This document shows, in pieces, positions 10,720 through 21,418 of a stretch of 64,000 bases of DNA (position 1 is its first letter; each line of letters opens with the position of its first letter). The notes beneath the pieces were generated by a model that ran no database searches, had not been told where the DNA came from, and saw only the letters and a list, made by a program, of their open reading frames with translations. Both the position numbers and the translations under genes were made by a program. Source of the stretch: Chamaesiphon sp. (GTDB taxonomy: Bacteria > Cyanobacteriota > Cyanobacteriia > Cyanobacteriales > Chamaesiphonaceae); NCBI GenBank assembly GCA_965246715.1, contig CBDFFH010000022.1, forward strand, positions 32,001 through 96,000, written 5' to 3'.

Positions 10720-11232
10720 CTAGTAATGTACTAATGAAATAATTGGGACATTGGGTAGCCGCGATCGACCGTTAAGAGCGTCGAGTTCGATCGCAAAGGC
10801 ACATCCAACTAGCTTACCGCCTACTTCTTGGATTAATTGAGCCGTTGCTACTGCTGTGCCGCCAGTTGCAATCAAGTCATCGACGATCGCCACGCGACTG
10901 TTGGGGACGACTGCATCGCGATGAATTTCGAGCTTGTCGGTGCCATATTCCAACGCATACTCGACAGTATGCACGTCGGCTGGGAGTTTACCTGGTTTGC
11001 GGACGGGAATAAAGCCAATCCCTAATTTGTAAGCCAGTGCCGCACCAAAGATAAATCCCCGCGACTCCATTCCCACAATATATTCGGGATCGAGCGCACC
11101 AACTTGTTCCGCCAGTGCATCGATCGAGTATTGTAACCCCTTTGGATCGCGTAGGAGGGTAGTAATATCGCGAAACAGGATTCCGGGTTTGGGAAAGTCT
11201 GGAATATCGCGAATGAGAGTTTTAAGATCCAT
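10720..11232 (-). CDS. apt: Adenine phosphoribosyltransferase
   Basis: [30 protein letters not shown]; likely start MDLKTLIRD at 11232. Confidence 0.97.
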   Translation of the reverse strand: MDLKTLIRDIPDFPKPGILFRDITTLLRDPKGLQYSIDALAEQVGALDPEYIVGMESRGFIFGAALAYKLGIGFIPVRKPGKLPADVHTVEYALEYGTDKLEIHRDAVVPNSRVAIVDDLIATGGTAVATAQLIQEVGGKLVGCAFAIELDALNGRSRLPNVPIISLVHY

Positions 11233-11339
11233 TACTTGTAGTGATAAATTAGGGGTAGATAAAGATCGATAGTCAATTGTTAGTGGTGAATTGTCAATCA
11301 AGCTATTGGTAGTTAGTAACCGAAGGTCGGGTATGCTGA

Positions 11340-11523
11340 GAGGATATCGGAAAAGCTGCTAGCGGTTAAAACCGCCGCCATCGCTGTAAAGTCTGCCTGT
11401 CTTGGCGCGCTAAACCTGGAGGAAACCTCCAGAGCGCTCGCCGCTCCGCAGACTAAGGTTTTGTACCTGTAGCCGCGATTTCAATCGCTAGGCTACCAAA
11501 TCTGGGACTTTTCAGACACCCTC
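11340..11523. mobile_element. MITE with imperfect TIRs and 3-bp TGA target duplication, carrying several palindromes
   Basis: Left GAGGATATCGGAAAAG, right CTTTTCAGACACCCTC; TGA at 11337-11339 and 11524-11526; internal hairpins. Confidence 0.7.
11399..11445. mobile_element. 47-bp CT-flanked hairpin mini-element (copy A)
   Basis: CT|GTCTTGGCG..CTGGAGGAAACCTCCAG..CGCCGCT interrupts the palindrome AGTCTGC-CTCC-GCAGACT; same ends as copy B at 61960. Confidence 0.7.
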
Positions 11524-11648
11524 TGAGGTTGGTGGACGTACCGATAAAAACCAACTAGCTAATATTGCAACAATTTTGCCACGAAATTGAGTCTAGATCT
11601 CTTGAGAGTTCAACCCCGCTTCTATACTAGTCGATCGATTTTCGTAAT

Positions 11649-12263
11649 ATGAGTGCATCGCTGATTAATGGTCCCATGTCCGAACCGCTCCTAGGTATCC
11701 TGGAGAGTTTGCCAAATCCAGCAATTGCTGGAGCTGGTTGTCCGCGCCGAACTAAAGTCGAACTCGATTTGCTCTTGCTCGCGATCGAAGCTTTAGAGTC
11801 GGGCAGTTCGGAACATATGCTCGATCTTGCCAAAGAATTAGACCTCAACGATATCATTAAAAATCGGATCGTCCTGTGGCGGATGAGATCGACCAATCCG
11901 ATGCGGCGAGCGCATACGCGGCGAATTTTATCGATCGCCGAAGCCAAAGCCCTCAGTGCGATCGGCTGTCGCTTGGCAAGTCGCCTGGCTGTCACGATCC
12001 GGCAACTGCTGCTCGTTCAGCAGCAGCTCAGCGAGAAGCAAATTCCCCCTGAGTATAATTTTCGTCTGTCAGAATATTTAGACCGTTTCCGCGCCCATTT
12101 TCGCAGTCGGATGAATCCCCGCCGCGCCAAGGTGAGCATTTATCAGGATGATGACAAGTTAAATGAGTTGGCGATTTCGCTGCTGAGCAAGCTGCTCTTT
12201 TGTACTGGAACATTGGGTACGCAAAGACTGTGGATGAGTTTGTTTGATGGCGAGGTGAAGTAG
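11649..12263 (+). CDS. DUF3038 family protein
   Basis: ELDLLLLAIEAL, NRIVLWRMRSTNP and KLLFCTG..G.QRLW motifs of this cyanobacterial family. Confidence 0.8.
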   Translation: MSASLINGPMSEPLLGILESLPNPAIAGAGCPRRTKVELDLLLLAIEALESGSSEHMLDLAKELDLNDIIKNRIVLWRMRSTNPMRRAHTRRILSIAEAKALSAIGCRLASRLAVTIRQLLLVQQQLSEKQIPPEYNFRLSEYLDRFRAHFRSRMNPRRAKVSIYQDDDKLNELAISLLSKLLFCTGTLGTQRLWMSLFDGEVK

Positions 12264-12502
12264 GGAAAATAGTGACTAGTGGCTAGTGGCTATTAGCTAG
12301 TGTTGGATCGTGAATAGTCGATAGAATATTTGGGTGGGTAGTGTCAGCAAACAGTGGCGATCGAATCGAGCGACCATTATCTTAGTTTTGGGTGGCAGCA
12401 ATTTTAATTACTGCCATGTTGTCACCAAGGTGAAATGATTCGATCTCTTAACTCATTAACTAGCCACTAAAAAACTCTTTTAACCTCGGCTGCTAGCGGA
12501 TT

Positions 12503-13789
12503 ATGACGCAAGACTATTATCAGCAAGGATTAGCCAAAGCCAAAGCTCAAGATTTTCGGGGCGCGATCGAGGATTTCGATCTAGCAGCGATCGCCACACC
12601 AGAATGGGGTGAAGTTTACTATCGGCGCGGGTTGGCACACTTTGACCTCGGCGATATCTTGAGCGCGGTGGCTGACTATACTACGGCACTGACACACGAT
12701 GCCCAGCATAAAGATTGTTACTATGCCCGCGCGCTAGCGAGATTGACACTCAAAAACTTTCCTGGTGCCCTCACTGATATCGATCGGGCCATTAATTTTG
12801 GCAGAGATTATCCACTCGGATATCAACTCAAAGGAATGGTCTGTCGCAAGCTCGCGCAGTATTCCGAGGCGATCGCGGCTTACAAAATAGCTGCTAATTT
12901 GTATCTAGCCCAGCACGATCTCGAACGCAGTCGTCAGTGTCTGGAAATCGCCCAATCGATGCAACCAAAGCCAATCGATAATTCGCCCCCAGCGATCTCG
13001 ACTGCGCTCACACCATTTGTCACAGTCGAACAGTTTTATACCCAAGTTTTGGAGCGCGGCGAACGGGGAGATCTGCGGGGGGCGATTCAGGATGCCGATT
13101 GGGCGGTGCTCAATAGTCCCGACGACGTGCGCTCCTATTGCTGTCGGGGGATACTCTATCTCAAACAAGGCGATCTCTCGGCTGCGCTGGCTGACTTAAA
13201 TCATGCGATTAAACTCAATCCAGAATCACCAGTAGCTTATCGCAGTCGCGGTAAATTACGTAGTCAAATGGGCGATTATACTGGCGCGCTCTTGGATTTC
13301 GATCGCGCTTTGGCTTTCGATCCGCACGATCTGTTTAGCTACCTAGCACGCGGGAACGTTCGTGTCAGCCTAAATAATTATGTCGAAGCGATCGCTGATT
13401 TTAGTCAAGCAATCTCGATCGATCCGCGCGAACCTACAGCTTATCTCCAACGCGCCCAAATTTATAGCAAACTTGAAGAATTTCAACGGGCGATCGAGGA
13501 TTATCAGCTAGCCGCCAATATCTATCTCGAAAGCCATAATCTGACCAAATATCAAGAAACTCTAGCTAACTTAAACAAAGTTCAACACTCCCGACCAAAA
13601 TCTTCTCCACCTACGGCTGCTAAGAGTCAGTCGCAGACTGAAGTTTTGCGCCAACGCTTGCTCGCACTCGTTGGCGGACATTGGGCGATCGCCCAACGCT
13701 CGCTCGAACACCTCCAAGAGCAATATCCAGGTCGATCGGAAGATTGGTACCTCGAACTGGCGATCTTTACTCTCGAACGGGGATTGTAG
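12503..13789 (+). CDS. Tetratricopeptide repeat protein
   Basis: Multiple YxxRG..GD..GA..D..AI TPR units. Confidence 0.9.
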   Translation: MTQDYYQQGLAKAKAQDFRGAIEDFDLAAIATPEWGEVYYRRGLAHFDLGDILSAVADYTTALTHDAQHKDCYYARALARLTLKNFPGALTDIDRAINFGRDYPLGYQLKGMVCRKLAQYSEAIAAYKIAANLYLAQHDLERSRQCLEIAQSMQPKPIDNSPPAISTALTPFVTVEQFYTQVLERGERGDLRGAIQDADWAVLNSPDDVRSYCCRGILYLKQGDLSAALADLNHAIKLNPESPVAYRSRGKLRSQMGDYTGALLDFDRALAFDPHDLFSYLARGNVRVSLNNYVEAIADFSQAISIDPREPTAYLQRAQIYSKLEEFQRAIEDYQLAANIYLESHNLTKYQETLANLNKVQHSRPKSSPPTAAKSQSQTEVLRQRLLALVGGHWAIAQRSLEHLQEQYPGRSEDWYLELAIFTLERGL

Positions 13790-14028
13790 ACTGCGATACA
13801 GTTTATTGTTATTTGTCAAATTAGGCTAATTAGTATCCCCCAAATGTAGTACAGCCCACTCGATCGACTAATTTAGTACCACCAATTTGCAATGTATTAC
13901 CGATCGCTAAGACTTCAGGAATTGGAGTCGCAGAAATGGTATATCTCATTTACAACTACAAAGAAATAACAGCAGAGCAAGCTTGCTGTACTTTAATCCA
14001 AACACGATACCGGCAATAGGAGTAACGT

Positions 14029-14259
14029 ATGTTCGACAAACTCGATATCGATCTTGTCTCATCTACAATTTCAGAGCCAGCTTACAATCAAACATTCGCT
14101 CAGACCCACCATTATCCACAACAACCACTGACCGCAGCTAGTAACCGTTGGCAAGTCAGCGAAACCGCAGTCGATCTATTCCCAACGTTAAACAATGAGG
14201 TTGCTGATTTACAGTTCCAGCAATCGATCCGAAATTTGCTGTCGGTTTGCTTCTTTTAA
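14029..14259 (+). CDS. Small hypothetical protein
   Basis: AGGAG RBS just upstream of ATG; 76-aa ORF. Confidence 0.5.
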   Translation: MFDKLDIDLVSSTISEPAYNQTFAQTHHYPQQPLTAASNRWQVSETAVDLFPTLNNEVADLQFQQSIRNLLSVCFF

Positions 14260-14853
14260 GTACCAATCGCGATCCAGTGGGTGCTACCAGATATTTAACC
14301 TTCGACTGAGACCCGTTCTGTCAGCGAAAATTTTGGGCGAGAGAGCTTCTTAGGTCGATTTCTGCGTAAAGTATGTTTTGCTACAGAAAATTAATATTGT
14401 TACTTAGTCCTCGATCGTCTCTTCAGTATTAATTAAAATTAGAAAGTAAAAAATATTAGTCACTGCTAAATTCCACACCAATACACTGCCGTAATAGCCA
14501 ATTAAACCGATTTACATTAAGCTTTGTAACAATAAGTATCACACTTTAGGCGATAGTGAATTAAGCCAATATACGTAATCTTCTGTATAGCAATTGCTAG
14601 TGTTTTTAGTAGCCATAAAGTATCGATAGTCTATAAGAGCAGATTGGAGAGCCACGCTGAAGCAGAGATGTGCGTCTAAGTCGATAAATTATTTCAGTCA
14701 AACAACCGATGACAGTAGATATAAAAATAATACAAACTGTATATGACTATAATCATACACAATTAATACAAGCCTTGAGTTACATCTATTGGGAACTATA
14801 TAAAGATTGACGATCGATATTAAAATCTAACATCCAAGAAGAAATTTTGACAA

Positions 14854-15555
14854 ATGGAATCAAACAAGCAAGATTGTTTTGCTACTGATACTGCTATCGA
14901 TATCCCCATCGAAGCTCATGCGAAAGACATCAGAACTTTAGAGGGGAAATATTTTGAATTCTCGATCAAACGCTGTTTGGATTTGGTAGTTTCCTTGATG
15001 TGTTTGATACTTTTGTTACCTGTTTTTGTGATAATTGCTGTGTCGATCAAACTCGATTCTCCTGGGCCAATTTTCCATAAGCAGTACCGGATTGGCTTGA
15101 AAGGGATACAGTTCCGCATGTGGAAATTTCGGACGATGATCGCCACTGCCAGCGATCTCCAGCAGACATTGGAATCAAAAAATCAGGCTAAGGGTGGGGT
15201 TCTATTTAAGCTCAAAATCGATCCGCGCTGCACCAGCATCGGTCGGTTTCTGCGCCGCTACAGCTTAGATGAATTACCACAAATCATCAATGTCATCAAG
15301 GGAGAAATGAGTATAGTAGGCCCGCGCCCACTTGCATTACGTGATGCATCACAACTTCCCGCAGACGTGTTGTTTCGGCATGATGTTTTCCCTGGAATTA
15401 CAGGTTTGTGGCAAATTAAGGGACGTTCTAGTCTTGACGTAGAGCAACTTTATCATTGGGACAGCATGTATATCCGACAATGGTCTCTCTTTCTCGACAT
15501 CCATATTTTGCTCCAAACAATCTCGGTAGTAATCAATGGAAATGGATCGTATTAA
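14854..15555 (+). CDS. Priming sugar transferase (Bac_transf, WcaJ/WbaP C-terminal type)
   Basis: KR.LD, KFRTM, SLDELPQ, VGPRP, PGITGLWQ. Confidence 0.93.
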   Translation: MESNKQDCFATDTAIDIPIEAHAKDIRTLEGKYFEFSIKRCLDLVVSLMCLILLLPVFVIIAVSIKLDSPGPIFHKQYRIGLKGIQFRMWKFRTMIATASDLQQTLESKNQAKGGVLFKLKIDPRCTSIGRFLRRYSLDELPQIINVIKGEMSIVGPRPLALRDASQLPADVLFRHDVFPGITGLWQIKGRSSLDVEQLYHWDSMYIRQWSLFLDIHILLQTISVVINGNGSY

Positions 15556-15607
15556 GCCGATCGCAACTAGCGGCTTATGAGTTTATTCACCACAGGTAGA
15601 TCGATAA

Positions 15608-16093
15608 ATGCCAGTCAATGAAGATGTCCGATTGGGTAAAAACGTCAAGATTTTTCATCCACAACTAGTAAACCTCTATGGTTGTCAGATCGATGACGAT
15701 ACCAAAATCGGTGCGTTTGTGGAAATTCAAAAAAATGCCACGATCGGGAAATTATGTAAAATCTCATCTCACAGCTTTTTGTGTGAAGGGGTAGTCATCG
15801 AAGATGAAGTATTTATCGGGCATGGAGTGATGTTTACTAACGATCTTTACCCGCGAGCGACCAATACCGATGGCAGCATTCAAACAGATGCTGACTGGAA
15901 AGTTATCGAAACTCGCGTCAAGCGTGGTGCTTCGATCGGCAGTAATGCCACCATTTTGGCAGGAATTACAATTGGCGAATATGCCTTAATTGGTGCTGGG
16001 GCAGTAGTCACGCATGATGTGACGGACTATGCCATCGTCGCTGGTGTGCCAGCGCGAGTAGTCGGGGACGTGCGAGATCGATCGTCGGAATAG
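15608..16093 (+). CDS. Hexapeptide-repeat sugar N-acyltransferase (WbpD/WlbB-like)
   Basis: LbH repeats, FTNDLYPR, GVPAR. Confidence 0.88.
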   Translation: MPVNEDVRLGKNVKIFHPQLVNLYGCQIDDDTKIGAFVEIQKNATIGKLCKISSHSFLCEGVVIEDEVFIGHGVMFTNDLYPRATNTDGSIQTDADWKVIETRVKRGASIGSNATILAGITIGEYALIGAGAVVTHDVTDYAIVAGVPARVVGDVRDRSSE

Positions 16094-16246
16094 TCCGGAT
16101 TTTAGATCGAAAAGTGCCTGGGTCCGATCGATCGCCATCCCACTTTTTGCAGATGGTAAATTAGTACTAATTCTCGATCGTGCTTGTAGACTGACTTATT
16201 TTCTAGATTCAATTAAATTCAATTTTAGGCTGACCTACTTAATCAT

Positions 16247-17350
16247 ATGGTAAGTGACATTATTAATATTGGTGTGATTGGCTATGGCTACTGGGGACCG
16301 AATCTAGTTAGAAACTTTGGCGAACTTCTGGGCGCACGGGTAAAAACCGTCAGTGACTTGAGTCCAGAACTTTTGGCAAAAGCACAAGCACGCTATCCCG
16401 CAATTCAAGTCACGACTAACTGTCAAGACATATTCGACGATCCGGAGATCGATGCAGTCGCGATCGCTACCCCAGTCTCCTCACACTATAAGCTGGCATT
16501 GGCAGCGTTACAGGCAGGTAAGCATGTAATGGTTGAAAAGCCGATGACCATGACTTCCGAACAATCGATCGAATTGATCTTTGAAGCCAAGCGTCAAAAT
16601 CGAGTGCTGATGGTAGATTATACGTTTGTCTATACTGGCGCAGTCCAGAAAATGTCAGAATTAGTCTCAACCAAGCAACTAGGAGATATTTATTACTATG
16701 ATTCCGTCCGCGTCAATCTAGGGCTATTTCAACATGATGTCAATGTCCTTTGGGATCTAGCAGTTCACGATCTGTCGATTATGGACTATGTTTTGCCAGC
16801 AAAACCCTATGCAGTATCGGCAACAGGAATCAGTCACATACCCAATGGTACCGAAAATATTGCTTACTTGACGCTGTTTTTTGAGAATAACTTAATCGCA
16901 CACATCCATGTGAATTGGTTAGCTCCTGTCAAAATTAGACGGACGCTAATTGGTGGCTCTCAAAAAATGATCGTATTTGATGACTTAGATCCGAGTGAAA
17001 AGATTAAAGTCTATGACAAAGGAATTACAGTCAATGGTAATGATGCTGAAAGTCGTTACCAAAAACTGATCGGTTATCGTACCGGTGATATGTGGTCGCC
17101 CAAATTGAATATTACTGAAGCTCTGCGGACAGAAGGGGAGCATTTTTTGGAGTGCATTCGCACCGGAAAACGCCCGATTAGCGACGGTGAAGCCGGACTG
17201 CGAATTGTCAAGATCCTCGAAGCAGCAGATCGATCGATGAAACAGAAAGGACGGTTGGTCAATTTAGATTTAGCGGAGGTGTCCGTAGATCGATCGACGA
17301 GACAGCAAGGACAGTTGGTGAAATTGAATATAGCACAGGTGTCAGCATGA
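16247..17350 (+). CDS. Gfo/Idh/MocA oxidoreductase (nucleotide-sugar dehydrogenase)
   Basis: GYGYWG, VEKP, WDLAVHD. Confidence 0.9.
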   Translation: MVSDIINIGVIGYGYWGPNLVRNFGELLGARVKTVSDLSPELLAKAQARYPAIQVTTNCQDIFDDPEIDAVAIATPVSSHYKLALAALQAGKHVMVEKPMTMTSEQSIELIFEAKRQNRVLMVDYTFVYTGAVQKMSELVSTKQLGDIYYYDSVRVNLGLFQHDVNVLWDLAVHDLSIMDYVLPAKPYAVSATGISHIPNGTENIAYLTLFFENNLIAHIHVNWLAPVKIRRTLIGGSQKMIVFDDLDPSEKIKVYDKGITVNGNDAESRYQKLIGYRTGDMWSPKLNITEALRTEGEHFLECIRTGKRPISDGEAGLRIVKILEAADRSMKQKGRLVNLDLAEVSVDRSTRQQGQLVKLNIAQVSA

Positions 17351-18456
17351 TTCCATTTGTCGATCTAAAATCGCAGTATCTGAGCATCAAGGACGAAATC
17401 GATACGGCTGTTTTAAAAGTTTTAGATAGTACGCAATTTATCCTCGGCAATGAAGTTTCAGCCCTAGAAGTAGAGTTTGCTAACTACTGCCAAGCTGATT
17501 TTGGTATTGCACTAAATACAGGCACCAGCGCGCTGCATTTAGCATTATTAGCAGCAGGGATTGGTGCGGGGGATGAAGTCATTACCATCCCGATGACTTT
17601 TGTGGCAACTACAGCCGCCATTTGTTACACGGGAGCCACACCCGTGTTTGTCGATATCGATCCGCTAACTTACACGATCGATGTGACCCAGATCGAAGCA
17701 GCGATTACTCCCAAAACTAAAGCCATTCTGCCCGTCCATTTGTACGGACAACCCGCAGATATGGATCCGATTTTAGTCATCGCCCGCCGTCATAACCTCA
17801 TCGTTATCGAAGATGCCGCTCAAGCACATGGAGCCGAGTATAAAGGACGCAGAGTCGGGAGTATCGGCGATATTGGATGCTTTAGCTTTTATCCCGGCAA
17901 AAACCTTGGTGCCTACGGAGAAGGCGGGATGGCAGTTACCAACAATCCGGAATTCGATCGATCGATGCGGATGTTGCGCGACTGGGGTCAAACCAGCCGC
18001 TATCACCACGATCTCAAGGGCTACAACTATCGGATGGATGGCATCCAAGGGGCAATTTTACGGGTGAAGATGCAATATATCGAAGCCTGGACGGAAGCTA
18101 GAATCGCATGTGCGGCTCATTATCACCATCTGTTAGCTGATTCTGGTTTGATACTTCCCACAACAATGCCACATAACCGTCATGTTTACCATATTTATGC
18201 GATTCGATCTCCACAACGGGATGCACTGCAACAAAGCTTGCAAGAGCGTGAAATTCACACAGGCATTCATTATCCGATTCCCGTCCACTTGCAAAAATCA
18301 TATGCGGATCTAGGCTATAAACTAGGAGATTTCCCACAATCGGAATTGGTAGCCAGTGAAGAACTTTCGATCCCCTTGTATCCCGAACTCACGATCGACC
18401 AGATTAAAACCGTAACCGCAGCAGTGTGTGGCAGTGTTCGAGGAGTAGCAGCATAA
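17347..18456 (+). CDS. DegT/DnrJ/EryC1/StrS sugar aminotransferase
   Basis: EDAAQAHG, FSFYPGKNLG. Confidence 0.93.
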   Translation: MIPFVDLKSQYLSIKDEIDTAVLKVLDSTQFILGNEVSALEVEFANYCQADFGIALNTGTSALHLALLAAGIGAGDEVITIPMTFVATTAAICYTGATPVFVDIDPLTYTIDVTQIEAAITPKTKAILPVHLYGQPADMDPILVIARRHNLIVIEDAAQAHGAEYKGRRVGSIGDIGCFSFYPGKNLGAYGEGGMAVTNNPEFDRSMRMLRDWGQTSRYHHDLKGYNYRMDGIQGAILRVKMQYIEAWTEARIACAAHYHHLLADSGLILPTTMPHNRHVYHIYAIRSPQRDALQQSLQEREIHTGIHYPIPVHLQKSYADLGYKLGDFPQSELVASEELSIPLYPELTIDQIKTVTAAVCGSVRGVAA

Positions 18457-19463
18457 TGCACGATCTCCGTCCTGGATTAAACCCCAAACGTCTGGTCGCT
18501 CTGATGCAGCAATCGATCGATCGCTGCAACCTCCAACTGCAATCGGCGATCGTGCTGACGGAAGCTGCGACAGGTGCCTACGCGGTCACACCCGTTCTCG
18601 CAGCCATGGCCGGAGCCGAAAAAGTCTTCGCGATCGCCCGCAGTAGCCCATATGGTACGGTGGAGCATGTCAAAGCCCAGACTCTAGAACTTGCCGAGCT
18701 GACAGGTGTGAGTGCAAAGATTGAAATTATTACTGAAAAATCTCCAGAAATTGTCGCCCAAGCAGACATCATCGCCAACAGCGGACATGTTCGTCCACTG
18801 GATGCACAAACGATCGGCTGGATGAAATCTACCGCGACGATCGGCTTGATGTATGAGGCGTGGGAGTTTCGAGCGGCGGATGTAGATCTGCTCGCTTGTC
18901 GCCAGCGAGGTATTCAGGTCGTAGGTGTCAACGAACGACATTCCGCTGTCGATGTGTTTTCCTTTTTGGGAATTATGGCAGTGAAACTGTTTCTAGATGC
19001 GGGGATTTCTGTTTACACTAGCAATGTTTTATTGTTGTGCGATAATCCCTTTCGCGATTTTATCGAACGCGGTTTAGCGATCACAGGTGCAACTGTCGAT
19101 ACGGTGGAGAGTCTGGCTACCGCACCGACAAACAAAACTTATGATGCCATTCTCGTGGCTTTGCAACCCCAACTCGATCAAGTAATCACTGCCACAGATG
19201 CAGCGACGATCGCCAAACATTGGCCAGGTGCGATCGTCGCTCAGTACTGGGGTGACATCGATCGAGCGGCGTTATCATCCCATCACATCCCACTGTGCCC
19301 CGAACTCGAACCGAAACCAGGACATATGGGGATTTTGCCCTCCGCAGTCGGCCCAGAGCCAATTATTCGCCTGCAAACAGGCGGACTTAAAGCTGCTGAA
19401 GTTGTGTGGAGACAGTCATCGCCGCTCGATCGACCAGAGCTGCAATTCGTGCAATTGTTGTAA
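18456..19463 (+). CDS. Conserved hypothetical protein (Rossmann-like) in the sugar operon
   Basis: ATG overlaps the upstream TAA (TAATG); globular 335-aa ORF. Confidence 0.75.
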   Translation: MHDLRPGLNPKRLVALMQQSIDRCNLQLQSAIVLTEAATGAYAVTPVLAAMAGAEKVFAIARSSPYGTVEHVKAQTLELAELTGVSAKIEIITEKSPEIVAQADIIANSGHVRPLDAQTIGWMKSTATIGLMYEAWEFRAADVDLLACRQRGIQVVGVNERHSAVDVFSFLGIMAVKLFLDAGISVYTSNVLLLCDNPFRDFIERGLAITGATVDTVESLATAPTNKTYDAILVALQPQLDQVITATDAATIAKHWPGAIVAQYWGDIDRAALSSHHIPLCPELEPKPGHMGILPSAVGPEPIIRLQTGGLKAAEVVWRQSSPLDRPELQFVQLL

Positions 19464-19479
19464 CGGAGGTGGGGAAATA

Positions 19480-20454
19480 GTGAATGTAATCCTAATTGGC
19501 TTGGGTACGACCACCTTAACAGCACTTAAATCTCTAATTTCTCATTGCCATGTCCGTGCAATAGTGAGAGATGTAGATGCCTCAGATCTCGACGATCCAG
19601 TTGTCACGCTAGCGCGAACGGAAAATATTCCCATTTTCGCCGATTGTTCTCAAGCAGCGATTAAATCTTTAGTTTTAAAATTGCAGCCAGACTGCGTGGT
19701 GGTGTCTTCTTACAACCAAATCTTGCCGTCAGCCACAATCGAACTATCGAAATTTATTAATGTCCATTATTCTCCATTACCGCAATATCGGGGTCGAGCT
19801 AATGTCAACTGGGCAATCATAAATGACGAACCATGTGCAGCCATCTCTATTCATGAAATTTCGCCCGAGTTGGATGAAGGGAATATTCTGTTTCAGCAGT
19901 TGATTCCCATTCGCGGTGATGATACCGTTGCCGATCTATATGCCAGCCTAAATGAAATTCAACAACAGCAATTAGGCTCGACAGTTGTCAAAGCATTAAA
20001 TGGCGACCGGGGCAGACCGCAACCTAACGCTGAAGCAACTTATGGTTGTACTCGTCTGCCTGAAGATGGGGAGATTAATTGGTCGGATTCTACGAGAAAA
20101 ATTGACTGTTTGATTCGATCGTTAGTATCTCCTTTTCCGGGTGCCTATACCTACTTTCAGGGTGAAAAATTAGCGATCTGGCAGGCAAAACCGATCGAAC
20201 ATCCCCCCGATTATGTCGGGCGCATTCCCGGTCGAGTCATCGGTAGATCCAAAGCAGAAGGTTATATTGATGTGCTTACGGGTGATGGAGTGTTGCGGAT
20301 TTTAGAAGTCCAATCGATCGGATCGGCAAGAACCGCAGCCGCGAATGTCATTAAATCGATTAAAAGCACTTTAGGCTTGAGCACTGCCGATCTACTCGCT
20401 CGCATCCAAATTCTAGAAAAAACAATTAGTAAATTACAACAACATGAAAAATAG
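19480..20454 (+). CDS. Fmt-like nucleotide-sugar N-formyltransferase
   Basis: INVHYSPLPQYRG, LDEGNI, PFPGA; GTG start after GGAGGT. Confidence 0.88.
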   Translation: MNVILIGLGTTTLTALKSLISHCHVRAIVRDVDASDLDDPVVTLARTENIPIFADCSQAAIKSLVLKLQPDCVVVSSYNQILPSATIELSKFINVHYSPLPQYRGRANVNWAIINDEPCAAISIHEISPELDEGNILFQQLIPIRGDDTVADLYASLNEIQQQQLGSTVVKALNGDRGRPQPNAEATYGCTRLPEDGEINWSDSTRKIDCLIRSLVSPFPGAYTYFQGEKLAIWQAKPIEHPPDYVGRIPGRVIGRSKAEGYIDVLTGDGVLRILEVQSIGSARTAAANVIKSIKSTLGLSTADLLARIQILEKTISKLQQHEK

Positions 20455-21418
20455 TCGTGTATTAGTTACAGGTGGAGCGGGTCTGGTTGGTTCGCATATT
20501 GCCGATCTGTTGGTCAAAGAAGAAGTTGCTGAAATTATCGTCCTCGACAATTTTACACGCGGCCAAATATCTAACCTGGCATGGGCCAAAGAACACGGCT
20601 GTGTCAAAGTTGTCGAAGGCGATATCCGCGATCTAACAATTCTGGATAAAGTGATGGATGGCGTAGATATTGTCTTTCATCAAGCTGCAATTAGGATTAC
20701 CCAATGTGCCGCAGAACCTCGGCTGGCACTAGAAGTCATGGCCGATGGTACTTATAACGTCTTGGAAGCTGCTGTCAAAGCCAAGGTCAAGAAAGTAGTT
20801 GCTGCTTCTTCCGCTTCGATCTACGGGATGGCCGAAGCATTTCCGACTACTGAGTCCCATCATCCTTACAATAACCGCACCCTCTACGGTGCGACCAAGA
20901 TTTTCAACGAGGCATTATTACGCAGCTTCTACGATATGTACGGGCTAGATTATGTTGCGTTGCGTTACTTCAATGTTTATGGCCCCCGCATGGATATTTA
21001 TGGTGTTTACACGGAGGTCTTGATTCGGTGGATGGATCGCATCATTGCGGGTCAACCGCCACTGATTTTTGGCGACGGTAAGCAGACGATGGACTTTATC
21101 TATATTGAGGACATTGCTAGAGCAAATATCTTGGCAGCTAAAGCCGATGTAACTGATGAAGTCTTTAATATTGCCAGTAGTGTCGAAAGTAGCTTGAACG
21201 ACTTAGCGGCTGGTTTGACGAAAGTAATGGGGTCGGATCTTCAGCCAGAATATGGGCCAGAGCGAAAAGTGAATCCGGTTGCTCGGAGGCTTGCTGATGT
21301 GACTAAAGCTAGGCAGTTGCTGGGATTTGAGGCAGAGGTATCGCTAGAAGAAGGACTACAGCGACTGGTTGGTTGGTGGAAAGAACAAAAACAAACAGAG
21401 GAATCAAGCAATGGCTGA
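20444..21418 (+). CDS. NAD-dependent epimerase/dehydratase
   Basis: TGGAGLVG, YGATK, LRYFNVYGP. Confidence 0.93.
   Translation: MKNSRVLVTGGAGLVGSHIADLLVKEEVAEIIVLDNFTRGQISNLAWAKEHGCVKVVEGDIRDLTILDKVMDGVDIVFHQAAIRITQCAAEPRLALEVMADGTYNVLEAAVKAKVKKVVAASSASIYGMAEAFPTTESHHPYNNRTLYGATKIFNEALLRSFYDMYGLDYVALRYFNVYGPRMDIYGVYTEVLIRWMDRIIAGQPPLIFGDGKQTMDFIYIEDIARANILAAKADVTDEVFNIASSVESSLNDLAAGLTKVMGSDLQPEYGPERKVNPVARRLADVTKARQLLGFEAEVSLEEGLQRLVGWWKEQKQTEESSNG

Noticed and set aside
12268..12302. TAGTGAC/TAGTGGC heptamer runs (similar at 43220-43260)
   Set aside because: Ordinary short tandem repeats of cyanobacterial intergenic DNA; they also create the false N-terminal extension of ORF 43176.
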